A DNA stretch of 64,000 nucleotides, taken from Octopus vulgaris. Lineage: Eukaryota. The stretch's first letter is position 1. Every line of letters begins with the position of its first letter. The notes beneath the pieces were generated by a model. The model saw nothing but the letters and a program-made list of their open reading frames with translations, had not been told where the DNA came from and made no database searches. The DNA is taken from assembly GCA_951406725.2 (NCBI GenBank), contig OX597825.1:10726001-10790000 (forward strand). The letters run 5' to 3'. Shown here one piece after another: positions 11,431-24,750 of the stretch. The translations under genes and the position numbers were made by a program.

Positions 11431-12552
11431 GCTATGAAGTTCCCTTTGCAACATCATCGTTCCAGGTTCAATACCACTGCACACAGAATCTTGGCCAAGG
11501 GTTTTCATCTATAGCCTCTGACTGACCAATGTCTTCTAGGAGAATTTGCTTAACGGAAATTGTAGAAAGGCCATTGTATATGAGTGTGTGAATGTCCATA
11601 TTTGCATTCCACGAGTTTACTTGAATGAAGCAGTGTTGTGTTCAGATTTGTTGTTGTTAACATTATGACCAGTCATTGTGGAGTAAGAAATCCCTTAAGG
11701 ATGGCCAACAGGAAGAGCATCCAACCATGAAATCCTGCCTGAAATATGTTGTCATCCAATCCATAATACCATGGAAAAATTGATATTAGATAAACAGACA
11801 ACCATACAAATATGTTTAGAAACATCCTTATGTTTCTTTTGGACAAAACAAAATGCTTTTTGTATGATACATTGTTTTAACAATACACATGCACACAGCT
11901 GTTTGCACCATGTGTCTATATATACACATCTGTGTGTGTGTGTGTGTAGCCCCTGCAAACATGAAAAATTATTTTGACTTTTTGTAGAAATAAGCTATGA
12001 ATAGACTGCACTTGATAACCTCAGCTGCTTATGTAGTAAGAAGAATGCATAACTAAAAAAATAGTATAGAGAGGGGGGGAAGGAGAGAGAGAGAGAAATA
12101 TTATTTTTTTTGTGTGTTAGTGTGTGTGTGAGTGAGAGAGAGAGAGTGAATCTGTGTGTGAGTTTTGTTTTCTGTCAGTTGTTCAGCTATGCTTTCTAAT
12201 ACTTTGTGATAACAATAACAGTGTATTTAAACATCATTCTGTTCTGATGGAAACCATTCTATATCATGCTAATAAAACCAACTGCCATTTAAAACCATTC
12301 CAGTAGAATTATCCTTTGCACTAACTTCACTTATTAGTTACTAGCTCTGTTACACCCACATCACTCTGCATCATAGATCAGTGCTCTAACATATGTTATC
12401 ACATATCTCTCAGTTACTGATTTACAAAAACTGGACACGTTGCATAATACAATCCTAATGAAATTGTTTACATAAAAAAAACTGAATAGCCATGGCTAGA
12501 GTGTCTTATATCATAGTTCTCCAATCATGGTTCATTCGGAGGTCAAATAACA

Positions 12553-12850
12553 TCATAATCATCATCATCGTTTAATGTCCGCTTTCCATGCTAGCATGGG
12601 TTGGACGATTTGACTGAGGGCTGGCGAACCAGATGGCTGCACCAGGCTTCAATCTTGATCTGGCAGAGTTTCTACAGCTGGATGCCCTTCCTAACACCAA
12701 CCACTCCAAGAGTGTAGTGGGTGCTTTTACTTGCCACCGGCATGGGGGCCAGTCAGGTGGTACTGGCAACGACCTCGCTCGAATTTTTTTACACATGCCA
12801 CCAGCTCAGGTGCCAGTAAGGCGATGCTGGTACACAGGTGCCAGTAAGGC
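12553..12850 (-). mobile_element. SINE family C
   Basis: catcatcatcgtttaa...ccatgctagcatggg...ggatgcccttcctaac...gtgggtgcttttac. Confidence 0.88.
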
Positions 12851-13179
12851 AAAAATCAAATATTAGATTGCACCCCACCTTATCTTTTTTTTAACCAAAA
12901 GACAAGCCATCTGAAAGGCAAACTTATGGAGTTAAGGCCAAAATATTTAATGTAGTGAGCTTAAAAAGTTAATCTGTAGTTATACGATGGTGAAAAGACA
13001 ATAGTCCAATGCCTATTTTATTCTGGCAAATATGGGAGGTAACTCTAAACATGTTTTGACTTTATTAGTCCTTCTCATTGAACCATACTTGCCAAAATAG
13101 TAATGAGAGAATACCTAAGCAAATGTATAATATTGCAGCTGTTTAGGTGTAAAAAATTAGCATATTTAAAAAAGAAACC

Positions 13180-13570
13180 CTTCATCTTAAGCTACAAGTG
13201 GCCAAAATGGGGTTTCTCTAAAGGATAACAGGAGTAACATTATTCAATAGGGTATGTTGCTCAGAGATTAGGGAGTCTCTGCATGTTGAGCTGCTACTTT
13301 CCTGTATTAAGAGGTCACTGCTCTGGTACTACAGACATGTAATTAGAATATCACAGTAAAGAATGGATTCACAAGATGGATTCTTGAAGCCTACTCAATC
13401 CAACCAGTAGGAGACCTAGGGGTAAACAAGAACGAGATGGTTGGGTAAGATCCATGGTTTCAGTTAGTCATGCTTGAGAATCCAACCAGAAAATCTAATG
13501 ATGATTGCTTCTGATAGAACTATGGTGGAGGTACCTGAGGACTCTGGCCCTTCCACCCTCCCAGGAATAA
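13180..13570 (+). mobile_element. RTE-like LINE 3' remnant
   Basis: Decayed reading SEIRESLHVELLL..IKRSLLWYYRHVIR, like the RTE 'LRW.GHV.RM' region, followed by an RPRG-like motif. Confidence 0.5.
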
Positions 13571-15364
13571 TGGAAGGAGTAGATTCAACAGAATCAACCT
13601 CAGTACATAACTGGTACTTACTATCAGTGATGGAAGTCAGTGAGCTTCAATAGGATTTGAACTCTGTTGTAAAGAGGACGAGATTTTCTCTGGTACCCTA
13701 CCATTTCTTCCACCACCCCTCCTTCATACTCCTTAATGACACACAAGGCCTTGGACAGAAGTCCTCCAAGCAGTGAAAGGAAGGCCCTCTTCCGCTTGGG
13801 TGACTTCTGTTATGGCTCTGAGTTCACAAATAGCAAAACCAATATTGGCAGGGATGTAACTAAATACCACAAGGCATTTTATCTGGTGTTCTGTTTTTCC
13901 TGATACAATAGTTTCTAATTTAGGTGCAAGGCCTGCAGTTTTGGAGAGGAGGGGGTTAGTCAGTTTCATTGCCCCAAGTATATGACTGGTACTTTATTTT
14001 ATTGACCCTGAAAGAACGTAAAGTAAAATTGACCTTGGCAGGATTTGAACTCAGAATGTAAAGAACCAGGAGAAATGCCACAGGGGTTGTTTTTTCATTT
14101 TTATTTATTTTTTATTTTATTTGCTTAAACAAGTCTGCCAACTCACCACTTAATAATTATGATTGACGTCTTTGATTGAGTGACCCTTGGTAGTTTAAAG
14201 AAAGCCAAGTCAGTTTTATTTGCGGTACAAGTTGAATATAGCTTCTCTAACTATTTATAGTAACAGAGATAAGCTCCACTGTTTCAAAACATTGAGCTGC
14301 ACCATTTATAATCAACCATTTGCTGATTAGATTCTTGACAGGACAAAATGAAAAAAAAAATACTAAAAAATTAAAAAAAAAATATCAAAGATTCTATTCA
14401 AGTTCATTTGTTTTTATGATTTTTACATCTCTTGTTTGTAGTTTTTTTTTTTATTCAAGGTAATTTCTTCCTATATGCAAAAATAGCCACCAGATAAGCA
14501 GTGTTGCTAAGTTCTGGCTTGTATTTATTTTGTTAATCCGACAAGGCCGAAGAAAAGAATTACCGAAGGCCTTCTTATCCTCTTTTAAACTTACAGTAGG
14601 ATTTGCTGCTGGCAGGGTTGCAGTATGGACATTGACCAAAGTAGATAAAGTAGCGGATGAGTAGGATAGATAGTCTTATTATTTAGCCGCAGGTCAGTCC
14701 TCATAGAACAGACAGACCACTGATCAAAGGCGTCTGATCATAGTCATAGCTATCTCACCTTTGATGGTTTACACTTGCCGCCGATACATACTTCCTGTTT
14801 TAAGATGGTAGGGCGTAACGAGGGAGGTTTGACTACTGTTTCTAGCAAGTAAAGCAACCACATAAAAGCTCTCTCTTTAGTTTGTGTACTTCAAGTGCAT
14901 AGAGGTGAGGTAGCATAGAAATTGAGTTGGGATAAGTATTGTTAGTCATTACTCAGCCAACCATAACCTGTCTATTTTAGCAGGTGCTTCGTCTCTCTCT
15001 GTCTGCCTCTCTCATTTCACAGTTGAGTGATTAGCAACAGGAGTATTATCCAGACAATTACTCCAACAGCATGCAATGCAAACCAATGTTCAAAGACCTG
15101 TGTTTTAGCATAAAAATGTGAGCATAAAACAGAAAAGAATTGATTAGCAAATATTGTATTATTAGTTAAATCAGAGAAGAAAGAGGTGTCCGCTCAACAG
15201 TTGTTGGTCACCATTGTAGGATTGAATTTGCTTGTGGAGTGGACAAATCATTCCTTGTCTGTAAGTCTTGTGAACGAGAGAATATAGTTTATGAATCATT
15301 CTGGACTTGTAAACAATATCCTTGTGGGGTGTGTATTTGTGTATTTCATAAAGGTGGATTACTA

Positions 15365-15645
15365 TCATCATCATCATCATCATCATCATCATCGTTTAAC
15401 GTCCGTTCTCCATGCTAGCATGGGTTGGACGGTTCGACCGGGGGATCTGGGAAGCCAGAAGGCTGCACCAGGCTCCAGTCTGATCTGGCAATGTTTCTAC
15501 AGCTGGATGCCCTTCCTAACGCCAACCACTCCGTGTGTGTAGTGGGTGCTTTTTATGTGCCACCTGCACAGGTGCCAGGCGAGGCTGGCAACGGCCACGA
15601 TCGGATTGGTGCATTTTACGTGCCACCGGCACGGAAGCCAGTCAA
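15365..15645 (-). mobile_element. SINE family C
   Basis: (CAT)n tail plus family C body; an older copy follows at ~15770-15990. Confidence 0.88.
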
Positions 15646-17025
15646 TTGAACTAATTGTTCAATAATAAATATTTCTGTTGTGTTTTGTTTTCTTTATATG
15701 GCCAGCTTCTAAAGAGAATTAAACACTGTGGTTGAGGCTTCAGTACTGCTCCAGTCCATAGCCATTGTTTTGCATCATCTTCATCATATCTTGGTTTTCC
15801 ACACTGGCATGAATTGGGTGGTTCGACAGGAACTGGCAAGCCTGGGAGCTGCACCAGGCTCCAATTGTCTGTTTTGGTATGGCTTCTATGGCTGGATGCC
15901 CTTCCTAACACCAACCACATTAGTGTGTACTGGGTGCTTCTTTTTTTTATGTGGCACCAGCACCAGTGTTTTACCTGTGACACCATCACAGGTGCTTTAT
16001 CTGTGACATATAAGAAGCCAATGGTTTTTAATAGTTGGATTCCCTTCTCATCATAAACTGAAAAATCATGAAATGAGAACACAACTTATTGTTTACTCAT
16101 TTGAGTGAAGAGATTTGTGCTTTGCCCCGAGTTGCTATAGAATGGATGGTGGTTGTAGTAGTAGTAGTAGTAGTAGTAATAGTAAAGTTTGAAATCCTAA
16201 TTATTTGGTCAGTAGTGCTGCATCATAACATCATCACCTAACCATTAAACATATTGAAAAACTGAATTAAATGCATGTTCATATGACATGGCAAAATCCG
16301 AAATTTCCAGTTATTTTTGAATTGGATGTTTGGAAAGAGAAAAAGATTGTCCTTTGAAGAGGTTTTTCTCTTCTTCTTTTTCTAAGTAGCAGACAGAACA
16401 ATAAAACCAATTTAGAAACATGACACTTGCCAAAAGAATTTTTCTTTCTTCCTTTCCTTTTGTTAACTCTTTTTTTTCTTCTTTTGTCAATTTAGAAAAT
16501 CTAGCTAAAAGGTTATATAAGCCTAATTTATTGAGTCAGTAACCTAGTTTCTATGTTAATAACTGACCATTTTAACCCATTCCATTTAGCCAACGTTTCC
16601 AGTAGCCAAAAGGCCAAATGTCATGGCATCTCTTTTAGATTGAATATCAACTTTGGTGTCAGATGAAAATACACACGGAATTTATAATGAAATGGACTGT
16701 TCTGCACCAATAAACACACGGAGCTTCTAATCAAACGGGATCCAAATCTATGATAGAGAAAACCATGACTACTAAAAGACATTATGATATATGTTCAAAT
16801 ACTGATGCTATTTCATTAGATCCACGTGAAGAATTGAACTCGTCAGCTTAAAAGGGGGGTCACTGTCTACAGTGATAAGTCCTTCCTTCCTTAGGGTATC
16901 TCTTTATATTTAAGCAGACTATCTCATTTAAGAATTAAGTTGTTCATCACAAACATGATGCTTGGAGTGTGATACAAATTTATTTGGTTCAACTTTCTGT
17001 GATACACTCCAATGTTTTATGCATA

Positions 17026-17395
17026 TCTCTCTATATATAAACAGCAAAATATCTGTCTGTGTGTGTGTATCCTTTATACAAATCCACAATTTTTCAGTTA
17101 GAGGGCTTACACTTTCTATGGTCATTCAAAACCGTCCAAGGGTGGTCGTGCACATCTTTACATTTCCCCAGTCACCCCGCAAAGCCATTAAAAAGTCAAT
17201 AGAAGTGACTTTTTTGTGAATTTTCTATCCAAAACCCAATCAAAATGCCTGAAACTTGATACGCCAATTGAATGCCAGCTAGCTGTATGTGATTGGTTGG
17301 AGATTTGGACAGTACTCATGTGTATGTGCGCATGCACACAGCTGTATATGCATGCACTAGCACTGTGACACGGCGTTGCTGGATCATAGTGCTAG
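17026..17395 (+). mobile_element. Non-autonomous Helitron-like element
   Basis: A|TC...CTAG|T insertion with no TSD; 5' TCTCTCTATATATA; 3' palindrome ctagcactgtgac..gatcatagtgctag; near-identical inverted copy at 43456-43825. Confidence 0.8.
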
Positions 17396-18210
17396 TAGAA
17401 TTATAAATCATAAAATTATTACTTTGATCTTTGCTTCATTGAGCTTTCCATGCAGGTCTCAGTGCTGGGTTTTTTTAATGATATTCTTTGACTTTACTGA
17501 TTTCTCACATGCCTTTATCTCTCTTTTGTGCTTTTCGTTTATAAACCTTTAGCAGGGCATTATATATATACGTATGTACAAGGAGCTCCTGCTCTTTGGA
17601 ACTGGCTCTTCCACTTCAGTCAGTGGTTTTCAGTCAGTCCATTTGAGCACCAGGGGGTGGGGTGGGGGTCTATATTAGATTTTAGGGGTTCATGCAAGCA
17701 GAATTAGTAAATTGGGGATCCACAGTGGTAGTTTAAGAGTCCATGAAAATATTTTGCGTTGCATGTATTTATTGCTTGGAGCACTCAGGTTTTAGAATTC
17801 TCTAACATTTAGTTTGATATATTTATGGCCACTGATACCTGTTCTCTGAGAGTGCTCTATAGCAAACCTACACATGTGAATGGCTGTAAAACAAAGTAAG
17901 AATTTTGAAACCTCGAATCGCTGGTGGTGGTGGTGGCCCCACAAGAATAAAATAGTAATCAAAGGGGTCCACAATTATAAAATGGTTTGAGGGCCACTGA
18001 CTTAGGTATTCAACCACCCACATACTTTTTGGTCTTGCTCTAAGCTCTACATCCTTTGCTTCCTTCCCAGAATTGCTCTCCTTCCTCCAACCATCCCAAA
18101 TCCACCCCCATACCAGTGTTAACTTAGGTTCAAGAACATTAATGGCATCAGTGTTACCTGTCTAAGAAATGCTTATGAAGGCTGTGACCACTATTCCTTT
18201 CTTCACAACT

Positions 18211-18458
18211 ATCATCATCATCGTTTAACGTCCGCTTTCCATGCTGGCATGGGTTGGACGATTTTGACTGAGGTCTGGCGAGCCAGATGGCTGCACCAGA
18301 CTCCAATCTTGATCTGGCAGAGTTTCTACAGCTGGATGCCCTTCCTAACGCCAACCACTCCGAGAGTGTAGTGGGTGCTTTTTACATGCCACCGGCACGG
18401 GGAGGGGGGGGGCAGTCAGGCGGCACTGGGGCCAGTCAGGTGGCACTGGCAACGACCT
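18211..18458 (-). mobile_element. SINE family C
   Basis: Same diagnostic motifs as 12553-12850. Confidence 0.88.
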
Positions 18459-18666
18459 AAGTTAAAAAAAACAAAAAAATCAATGTTTTTGTTGCTTTGT
18501 GAAGACAGAATTAAAAAAGAAATCCAAAAAATAATTGAGCTCTGTTGTTAATGGCCTTGTTAAGATTATTGATATCTCACACTATCAGATTATGTTTATC
18601 TTGTGTCATGCTACTGTTTAAATCACTTTTCTTCTCTTTTCTCTCTCTCTCTCTCTCTCTCTTTAG

Positions 18667-18782
18667 GTTGATCTGATTTAAATATCTGCTGTTGTTTAAA
18701 CAGTGACCAGGTGATCAGGTCAAAGACAGTTGACCTTTCTACCAAACAGCTGAAGTTACTGTGGTTGTGGTTTCAACTTTGA
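18667..18782 (+). other. Candidate non-coding internal exon
   Basis: Long polypyrimidine tract + TTTAG acceptor; GA|GTAAGT donor; stops in all three frames. Confidence 0.3.
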
Positions 18783-19054
18783 GTAAGTTCAATGATTTTG
18801 CAGTTCAAATTTCAAATTGTTTTTGCTTTCCTACTTCAACCTCCTTTCCGTTTTGTAACTCAACATATGTGACTCAACTGGCCCAGTCACACATATCCAT
18901 CACTCCTCACACACACACACACACACACACACACTCTCTCTCTCATTATATATGTCGCTGGGCCTTTCATATATAATATGAGTGGAAAAATTTCAATTAG
19001 CTTAGATTACCTGAGCAGTTGGTAAATAAAAACTCCCTTCAGGGTTCTTTTATC

Positions 19055-19472
19055 CTTTTATTTGTTTCAGTCATTTGACTGCGTCCATGCTGTAGTACCA
19101 CCTTTAGTCGAGTAAATCGATCCCAGGGCTTATTCTTTATAAGCCTAGTACTTATTCTATCAGTCTCTTTTGCTGAACTGCTAAGTTACAGGGACATGAA
19201 CATCCCAGTATCCATTCTCAAGTGATGTTGGGTGGGGGGGGCAAACACATATACATATATATAATGGGAAGCTTTATGAAAATAAACAAAAGACAAAAGC
19301 AATACACACACGATAGACTTCTTTCAGTTTCCATCTACCAAATCCACTCACAAGCCTTTGGTCGGCCCAAAGCTATAGTAGAAGACACTTGCCCAAGGTG
19401 CCATGCAGTTGGATTGAACCTGGAACCATGTGGTTACTAAGCAAGCTACTTACCCCACAGCCACTCCTGTGC
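19055..19472 (-). mobile_element. SINE family A (diverged)
   Basis: Reverse complement of family A consensus. Confidence 0.82.
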
Positions 19473-20377
19473 TTATGTTTAAAATCTGGAAACAATAAAC
19501 ACCAATAAGATCAATTGATCAAAATATTTGGGCGAGAGAAAAAAAAACTGGTGTCTTCACCAACTGTGCCTCGTGTTTTTGTAGCAAATCAGAAAATGCC
19601 AAGGTACAGAAAACCTGAGTTTTTACTGCATCACACTTGTGCTTGTGCATTTCTATGCAGCAAAGAGGTGCCCCAGCATGGTTGCAATCTAATGACTGAA
19701 ACTAGTAAAAGATAAAGATTCTAAAACTTTTAAACAAGCTGATTGCTTGCTACAACACATTTAGTTTTTTATTCATTTAGCTGTAGATGGAAAAACAATT
19801 GAAAATAATTGATATAGATAATGCATATCAGAGTAGATCTGGTTTTTAAAGGCAACTGGTAACAGACATGTTTCAGTGTTATTGAACCTTCTCAGCAAAA
19901 CATTCTGTTTAGTTAACAAAAGCAATCGATGCAGAGAAATGGTAGGATGGTAGCGATGCCAATTGTGTGTCGATTCCAGTCTTCACATTATTAACTTTGA
20001 ACATCTGCGGACAGTTATGAAGTACAAGCGCTTACACACACATGTACACACATGACGAGAACTTCTACCTACCAAATTCAATCACAAGGTTTTGGTCGGC
20101 CTGGGACTATCGCAGAAGACACTTGCCCAAGGTGCCAAGTATTGGGACTGAACTGGAAACCTATGTGGTCAAGAAACACGCTTCCTAACCACGCAGCCAT
20201 GTGGAAAATAGAAGCTTTACTTAAATGCAGTTAATAATGTTTCTTTTCTCTCTTTTTTTTTTTAAAGTTCATGTTTATTTCTGGTTGAGTAAACCTATAC
20301 TCAAAGACCTTTCAACTAATACTGTTCGTTCTTCTTTGCCCAAACGGTACACCTGGGACCATGTTAGTAACAACCTG

Positions 20378-20796
20378 GGATCTTTTCGGTTTGAACGGCA
20401 GTTTTTTCTAGCGATGTCATATGAAATTGTCACCCATAATTATGACCCTAGTATCGATCTATTGCATTTCAATCTGTTTTAGGGTTAGTTAGGGTTGGGG
20501 GAAAGGGTATCTTTTTTTCTTCACAAATGTAAATAAACCCAATCTGTTTCTTAAACGAGGGACATATTCGTACGGCACAGAATGTCTTTTTTTTACCTCA
20601 ATAGACGTCAGTGATTGGTTGAAATTGCATAAATTGAAGAAAAACAACAACAAATATCTTACAAACTATAGAATTTTCTCAATAAAGCCAAGAGCAAAAG
20701 ATGTTTTATAAACACATTTTACCAACATACGAAGTTAAACATTTTTTAGTTACCTAGAAATTATGTTAAAAACTGCTGTTCACACCGAAAAGATCC
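20378..20796. mobile_element. MITE with ~28-bp TIRs and 8-bp TSD (Merlin- or hAT-like)
   Basis: GGATCTTTTCGGTTTGAACGGCAGTTTT...AAAACTGCTGTTCACACCGAAAAGATCC; TSD ACAACCTG on both sides; second copy at 50439-50854. Confidence 0.9.
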
Positions 20797-21332
20797 ACAA
20801 CCTGTAAAAAATAAAGGTTTCATAGGTGGTTGGAGTAGAGTTGTGCCATCATCAGCGTAATCGTATCCAGACGTTTTTGCTTGTTCGTTTAGTGAAGGGC
20901 AATTGGTGGTGGTGGCGAGGGCGTTTGGCATCGGGTAAGTAAGACGGGTGTAAAAGAAATAGAAAAATAATTAGAGAGATGTTAGCAAAGTTTATCTCCA
21001 TCAATCAATGAGTGGCATACGAGAAACAGATGGAAATGGTTTGGATATATGTTCAACGTAAGCAAGCTTGATAGATTCTAGGAGACAGTGTATTGGATGA
21101 CAGAAGAAGCGAGAAGAGGGAGACCGTGATGCTGCGTATAGTGAGGATGTGTGAGAGAGAGAGAAGCAGGTTGGTGGCGGATGGGAGAGCGACGTGAACA
21201 TAGTTGAAAAACCGGGCCCTGAACAGGGAAACAGCATAAATATCCTCTGCATTGCTCAGAGTTTTAACTGTGGCGGCGATGGCAGCTATGTGGAGGCTCC
21301 TTTGATTTGTTATATATATGTATATATATATA

Positions 21333-21829
21333 CTAGCAGTATCGCCCGGCGTTGCTCGGGTTTGTAAGGGAAATAACTATATAAGCATTTTTAGAGTTAT
21401 AGCCAAAAAATAGCAAAAAAATGCATTAAAAATGGGGAAAAAATGATGGTAAATTTTTTTTTAAAATCGTTGACTCATCGTAGACATTTTTAGAAAGTTA
21501 CTTCCCTTATATAATAGCGAAAAAATGCATTAAAATGGAAAAAATGATGGCAAATTTTTTTTAAATCGTTGACTCATCGCAGACATTTTTAGAGAGTTAC
21601 TTCCATTATATAATAGCGAAAAAATGCATTAAAATGGAAAAAAAATGATGGTAAATTTTTTTTAAAATCGTAGACTCATCGTAGACGCGCGCTAATACCC
21701 AGAAGGGCTCGATATGAATCACGACTATAAGATACCCGGTTTTGGTTAAACTGCACCGCAAAATGTGGGAGTAGTTAGGAATCTAAATCGTAGGAGACAG
21801 ACACACAACTTCACTTTTATATATAAAGA
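21333..21829 (-). mobile_element. Non-autonomous Helitron-like element with internal ~100-bp tandem repeats
   Basis: rc 5' A|TCTTTATATATA, 3' hairpin cccgagcaacgccggg then CTAG|T; three internal repeats (aaaatgcattaaaatgg...gactcatcgtagac). Confidence 0.8.
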
Positions 21830-23123
21830 TGTATATTTTTATTGGGTTCATATTTTGCTGTTATCGTTTCACAGTATGGAACCCTAAGGTAGCGTGTAGA
21901 TAAACGCATTCTTGTTTACTAATGTTCTTTTAAGAACAGATGCACTTACTTAGGACGTCAACCCGCCTGCTTTGAATCTCCTCTTACAGTGCATCTGTGC
22001 TGCACAAGTGTGCTGTGTTCTTGCACACTGCAACTGAAGCACAGCATATCCCATGTACTGTTCCCAAATATTTGATTTAAATACTTCTATGCATATAAAG
22101 TTTTTGTTTGAGTATATTCAACAAGTGTTAATACCACCGTTTCAAAACGTTTTACTCGACATTATTGTAGCTAAATGTGCCTAAAATCGATAATGTCGAC
22201 ACACAAATATGCAAGAAAAAGCAAAAAAAAAAAAGGCGAAGTGGTTACGGTTAGAACCAAAGTACGTAATTCTATTTATCCTGAGTTCGCTTGGAACTAA
22301 ACAACATGTAATATATCAGCTCTGTGTGATTGATTTCCTTGTCCACTAACATCAAACACATTCCATTTTGCTTATAAGTAAGAGAAATGGGATGTTCAAC
22401 ATTCATGCCTTTACCATGGGGTGTAGGTTGGAAATTATACCAAAATAGTTATTACCAATCACAGTAACTAACTCGAATTTTGACTTGCAAGTGGATGAAA
22501 CTTATTCTATTAACTTTGCAGGGTTTAATTTTGTCTTAGAACTAAACTGTTCAAGAGGAAATCTCGTGAGCTTCTACCAAAAGCCCCACAAAATTTTATG
22601 GAAACCAACAGGCAATTAATTATACCTGGAAAGTTGATTAAAGGCATGTGTATCTGGTTTTTAAAACAGTAGAGAAGAAACAGATAGACCTAAAACTATA
22701 GACTACGTTTATTTTGTAAGTCATCAGGACCTGCAAATTTGATCCCTTTTTCTGTAGAAGTAAAAACTGCCGGTTGCTTGTCTACGTAAGTTGATTTTTT
22801 CGCTGCAGCATTTGAACTGGGGCAGTTAAGGTCAAACACACACAAACTAGTGCAAACGAAGATTCTAAAACTAAATATAAGCAACGATATATTAAACATA
22901 TACCGAAATTAGTTTACGAGCAAGCTATATCCCCATTTGCAAAAACATTGGTGGATTAACAGAACTTGTCGAACCCAATGTCCTGCAGGTTACGGTCCTT
23001 TGCGTCTACTTTCAAATCATATCGAAATCAGTGTCGATAAAATGAAATACCAGTCATAATTCGGGGTGTTGCTTGTTCTAATAATAACCTCCTTAATGTG
23101 AATGGAATTATATAATTCAAGAA

Positions 23124-23666
23124 GGCGGCGAGCTGGCAGAAACGTTAGCAGTTCTGAGTTCAAATTCTGCCGAGTCGACTTTGCCTTTCATCCTTTCGGG
23201 GTCGATAAATTAAGTACCAGTTACGCCCTGGGGTCGATGTAATCGACGTTGTCTGTCCTTGTTTGTCCCCTCTATGTTTAGCCCTTGTGGGTAGTAAAGA
23301 AATAGGTATTTCGTCTGCCGTTACGTTCTGAGTTCAAATTCTGCCGAGGTCGACTTTGCCTTTCATCCTTTCGGGTCGATAATAGTACCAGTTACGCCCT
23401 GGGGTCTAAAATCGACTTAAGCCCTTTATCTGTCCTTGTTTGTCCCCTCTATGTTTAGCCCTTGTGGGTAGTAAAGAAATAGGTATTTCGTCTGCCGTTA
23501 CGTTCTGAGTTCAAATTCCGCAGTGGTCGACTTTGCCTTTCATCCTTTCGGGATCAATAAATTAAGTACCAGTTACGCCCTGGGGTCTATGTAAATCGAC
23601 TTAAGCCCTTTATCTATCCTTGTTTGTCCCCTCTATGTTTAGCCCCTTGTGGGTAATAAAAAAATA
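23124..23666 (+). mobile_element. Tandem trimer of SINE family B inside a 24-bp TSD
   Basis: GAATGGAATTATATAATTCAAGAA at 23100-23123 and 23667-23690; unit junctions at 23305 and 23482. Confidence 0.92.
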
Positions 23667-23959
23667 GAATGGAATTATATAATTCAAGAACAACAAATCT
23701 GACTGGTACTTAATTCATCTGATCCACTTTTACGATGTCCCCCCTCCTCTTCTTCCCCCCCCCCCAGTCAGGCTACCTTGTTATTCCAGCGGTAATTCGC
23801 CCTCAAAAACTCAGATACATGTGCTGCCGTAAAATCAACAAGCAAAAAAAATAAAAGCAAACAAACAAACAAACAAACGAAGTTTGTTCAAATCTGACTT
23901 CGTTAACCAGGTTTTTTTTTTTTTTTATTTTCTTCTCGTGTCAACTGTTAAACATAGAA

Positions 23960-24423
23960 ATGTTTACGGAGCTGAATGAGAGAAGGGCGGGAGAAGCGAA
24001 GTGGCGTTGTGTGGCGGGGGAAGCCGAACAACACACGGAAACAATACTTGACAAAAACAAAATGACATATGGGAGAAGAACTGGCGCTCAGAAACATTAC
24101 CGCCGCAACCACCACCACTAATTAACAATACACTCTCTCTCTTCTCTCTCTCTCTCTCTTTCACTCCCTCTCGCTAATTTTACTACTACCACCACCATAG
24201 TCATCCCCTCTCCTCCCTCTCTCTCTGATCATTACCCCCCTCCCTCCTCACTCCACGATACTATTGTTGCCGACTTAACCTCTCACCTCCTCCTCCCCTT
24301 CATAACACCGACTAGTCCACTTTCCAGCCAATGAAATCAGTCGTAGCAGCTTCGCTACTTCAACTACGACTGTTACTCTTACCGCCACTGACACCGACCC
24401 CCTCCTTTCCTTCCTCTTTTACA

Positions 24424-24458
<35 letters not shown>

Positions 24459-24750
24459 CATCGCACGCACCACCACCCCATTGACACTTCTGCCTATTAA
24501 ATTCTTACCACCGCCACCACCTCCACCACCACCACCTTCTTTACTATTGACACCCCCCTCCTCCTCCCGTAAACACACGCTTCTTTGACAGCCTCACCGC
24601 CCCCACCACCACCTCCACCACCACCGGTTTCTCTTTTTTCCCTTCAAACTAAGAAATGTTTGTAATGCTGTTTTTGTGACGAGAAGGGAACCTATGCACG
24701 CTGCATGCATTAGAAAGCAAGTGATGTATAAAGAATTTATTTCCACAGTA
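23960..24750 (+). promoter_or_regulatory. Candidate promoter / 5' non-coding exon region of the F-box gene
   Basis: Repeat-poor, locally CpG-retaining, (CT)n and C-rich tracts; possible donor ACA|GTAAGA at 24748. Confidence 0.3.

Noticed and set aside
14451-14639. Short minus-strand ORF with an internal GTAAGT
   Set aside because: No recognisable homology and no partner exons.
19860-19900. Hammerhead-like rc CTGAGAAG...GAAACATGTC
   Set aside because: Core deviates from CUGANGA, stem II is imperfect and stem I does not pair; at most a decayed remnant.
22696-22899. 67-aa minus-strand ORF in unique sequence
   Set aside because: No domain recognised and no supporting exon chain.
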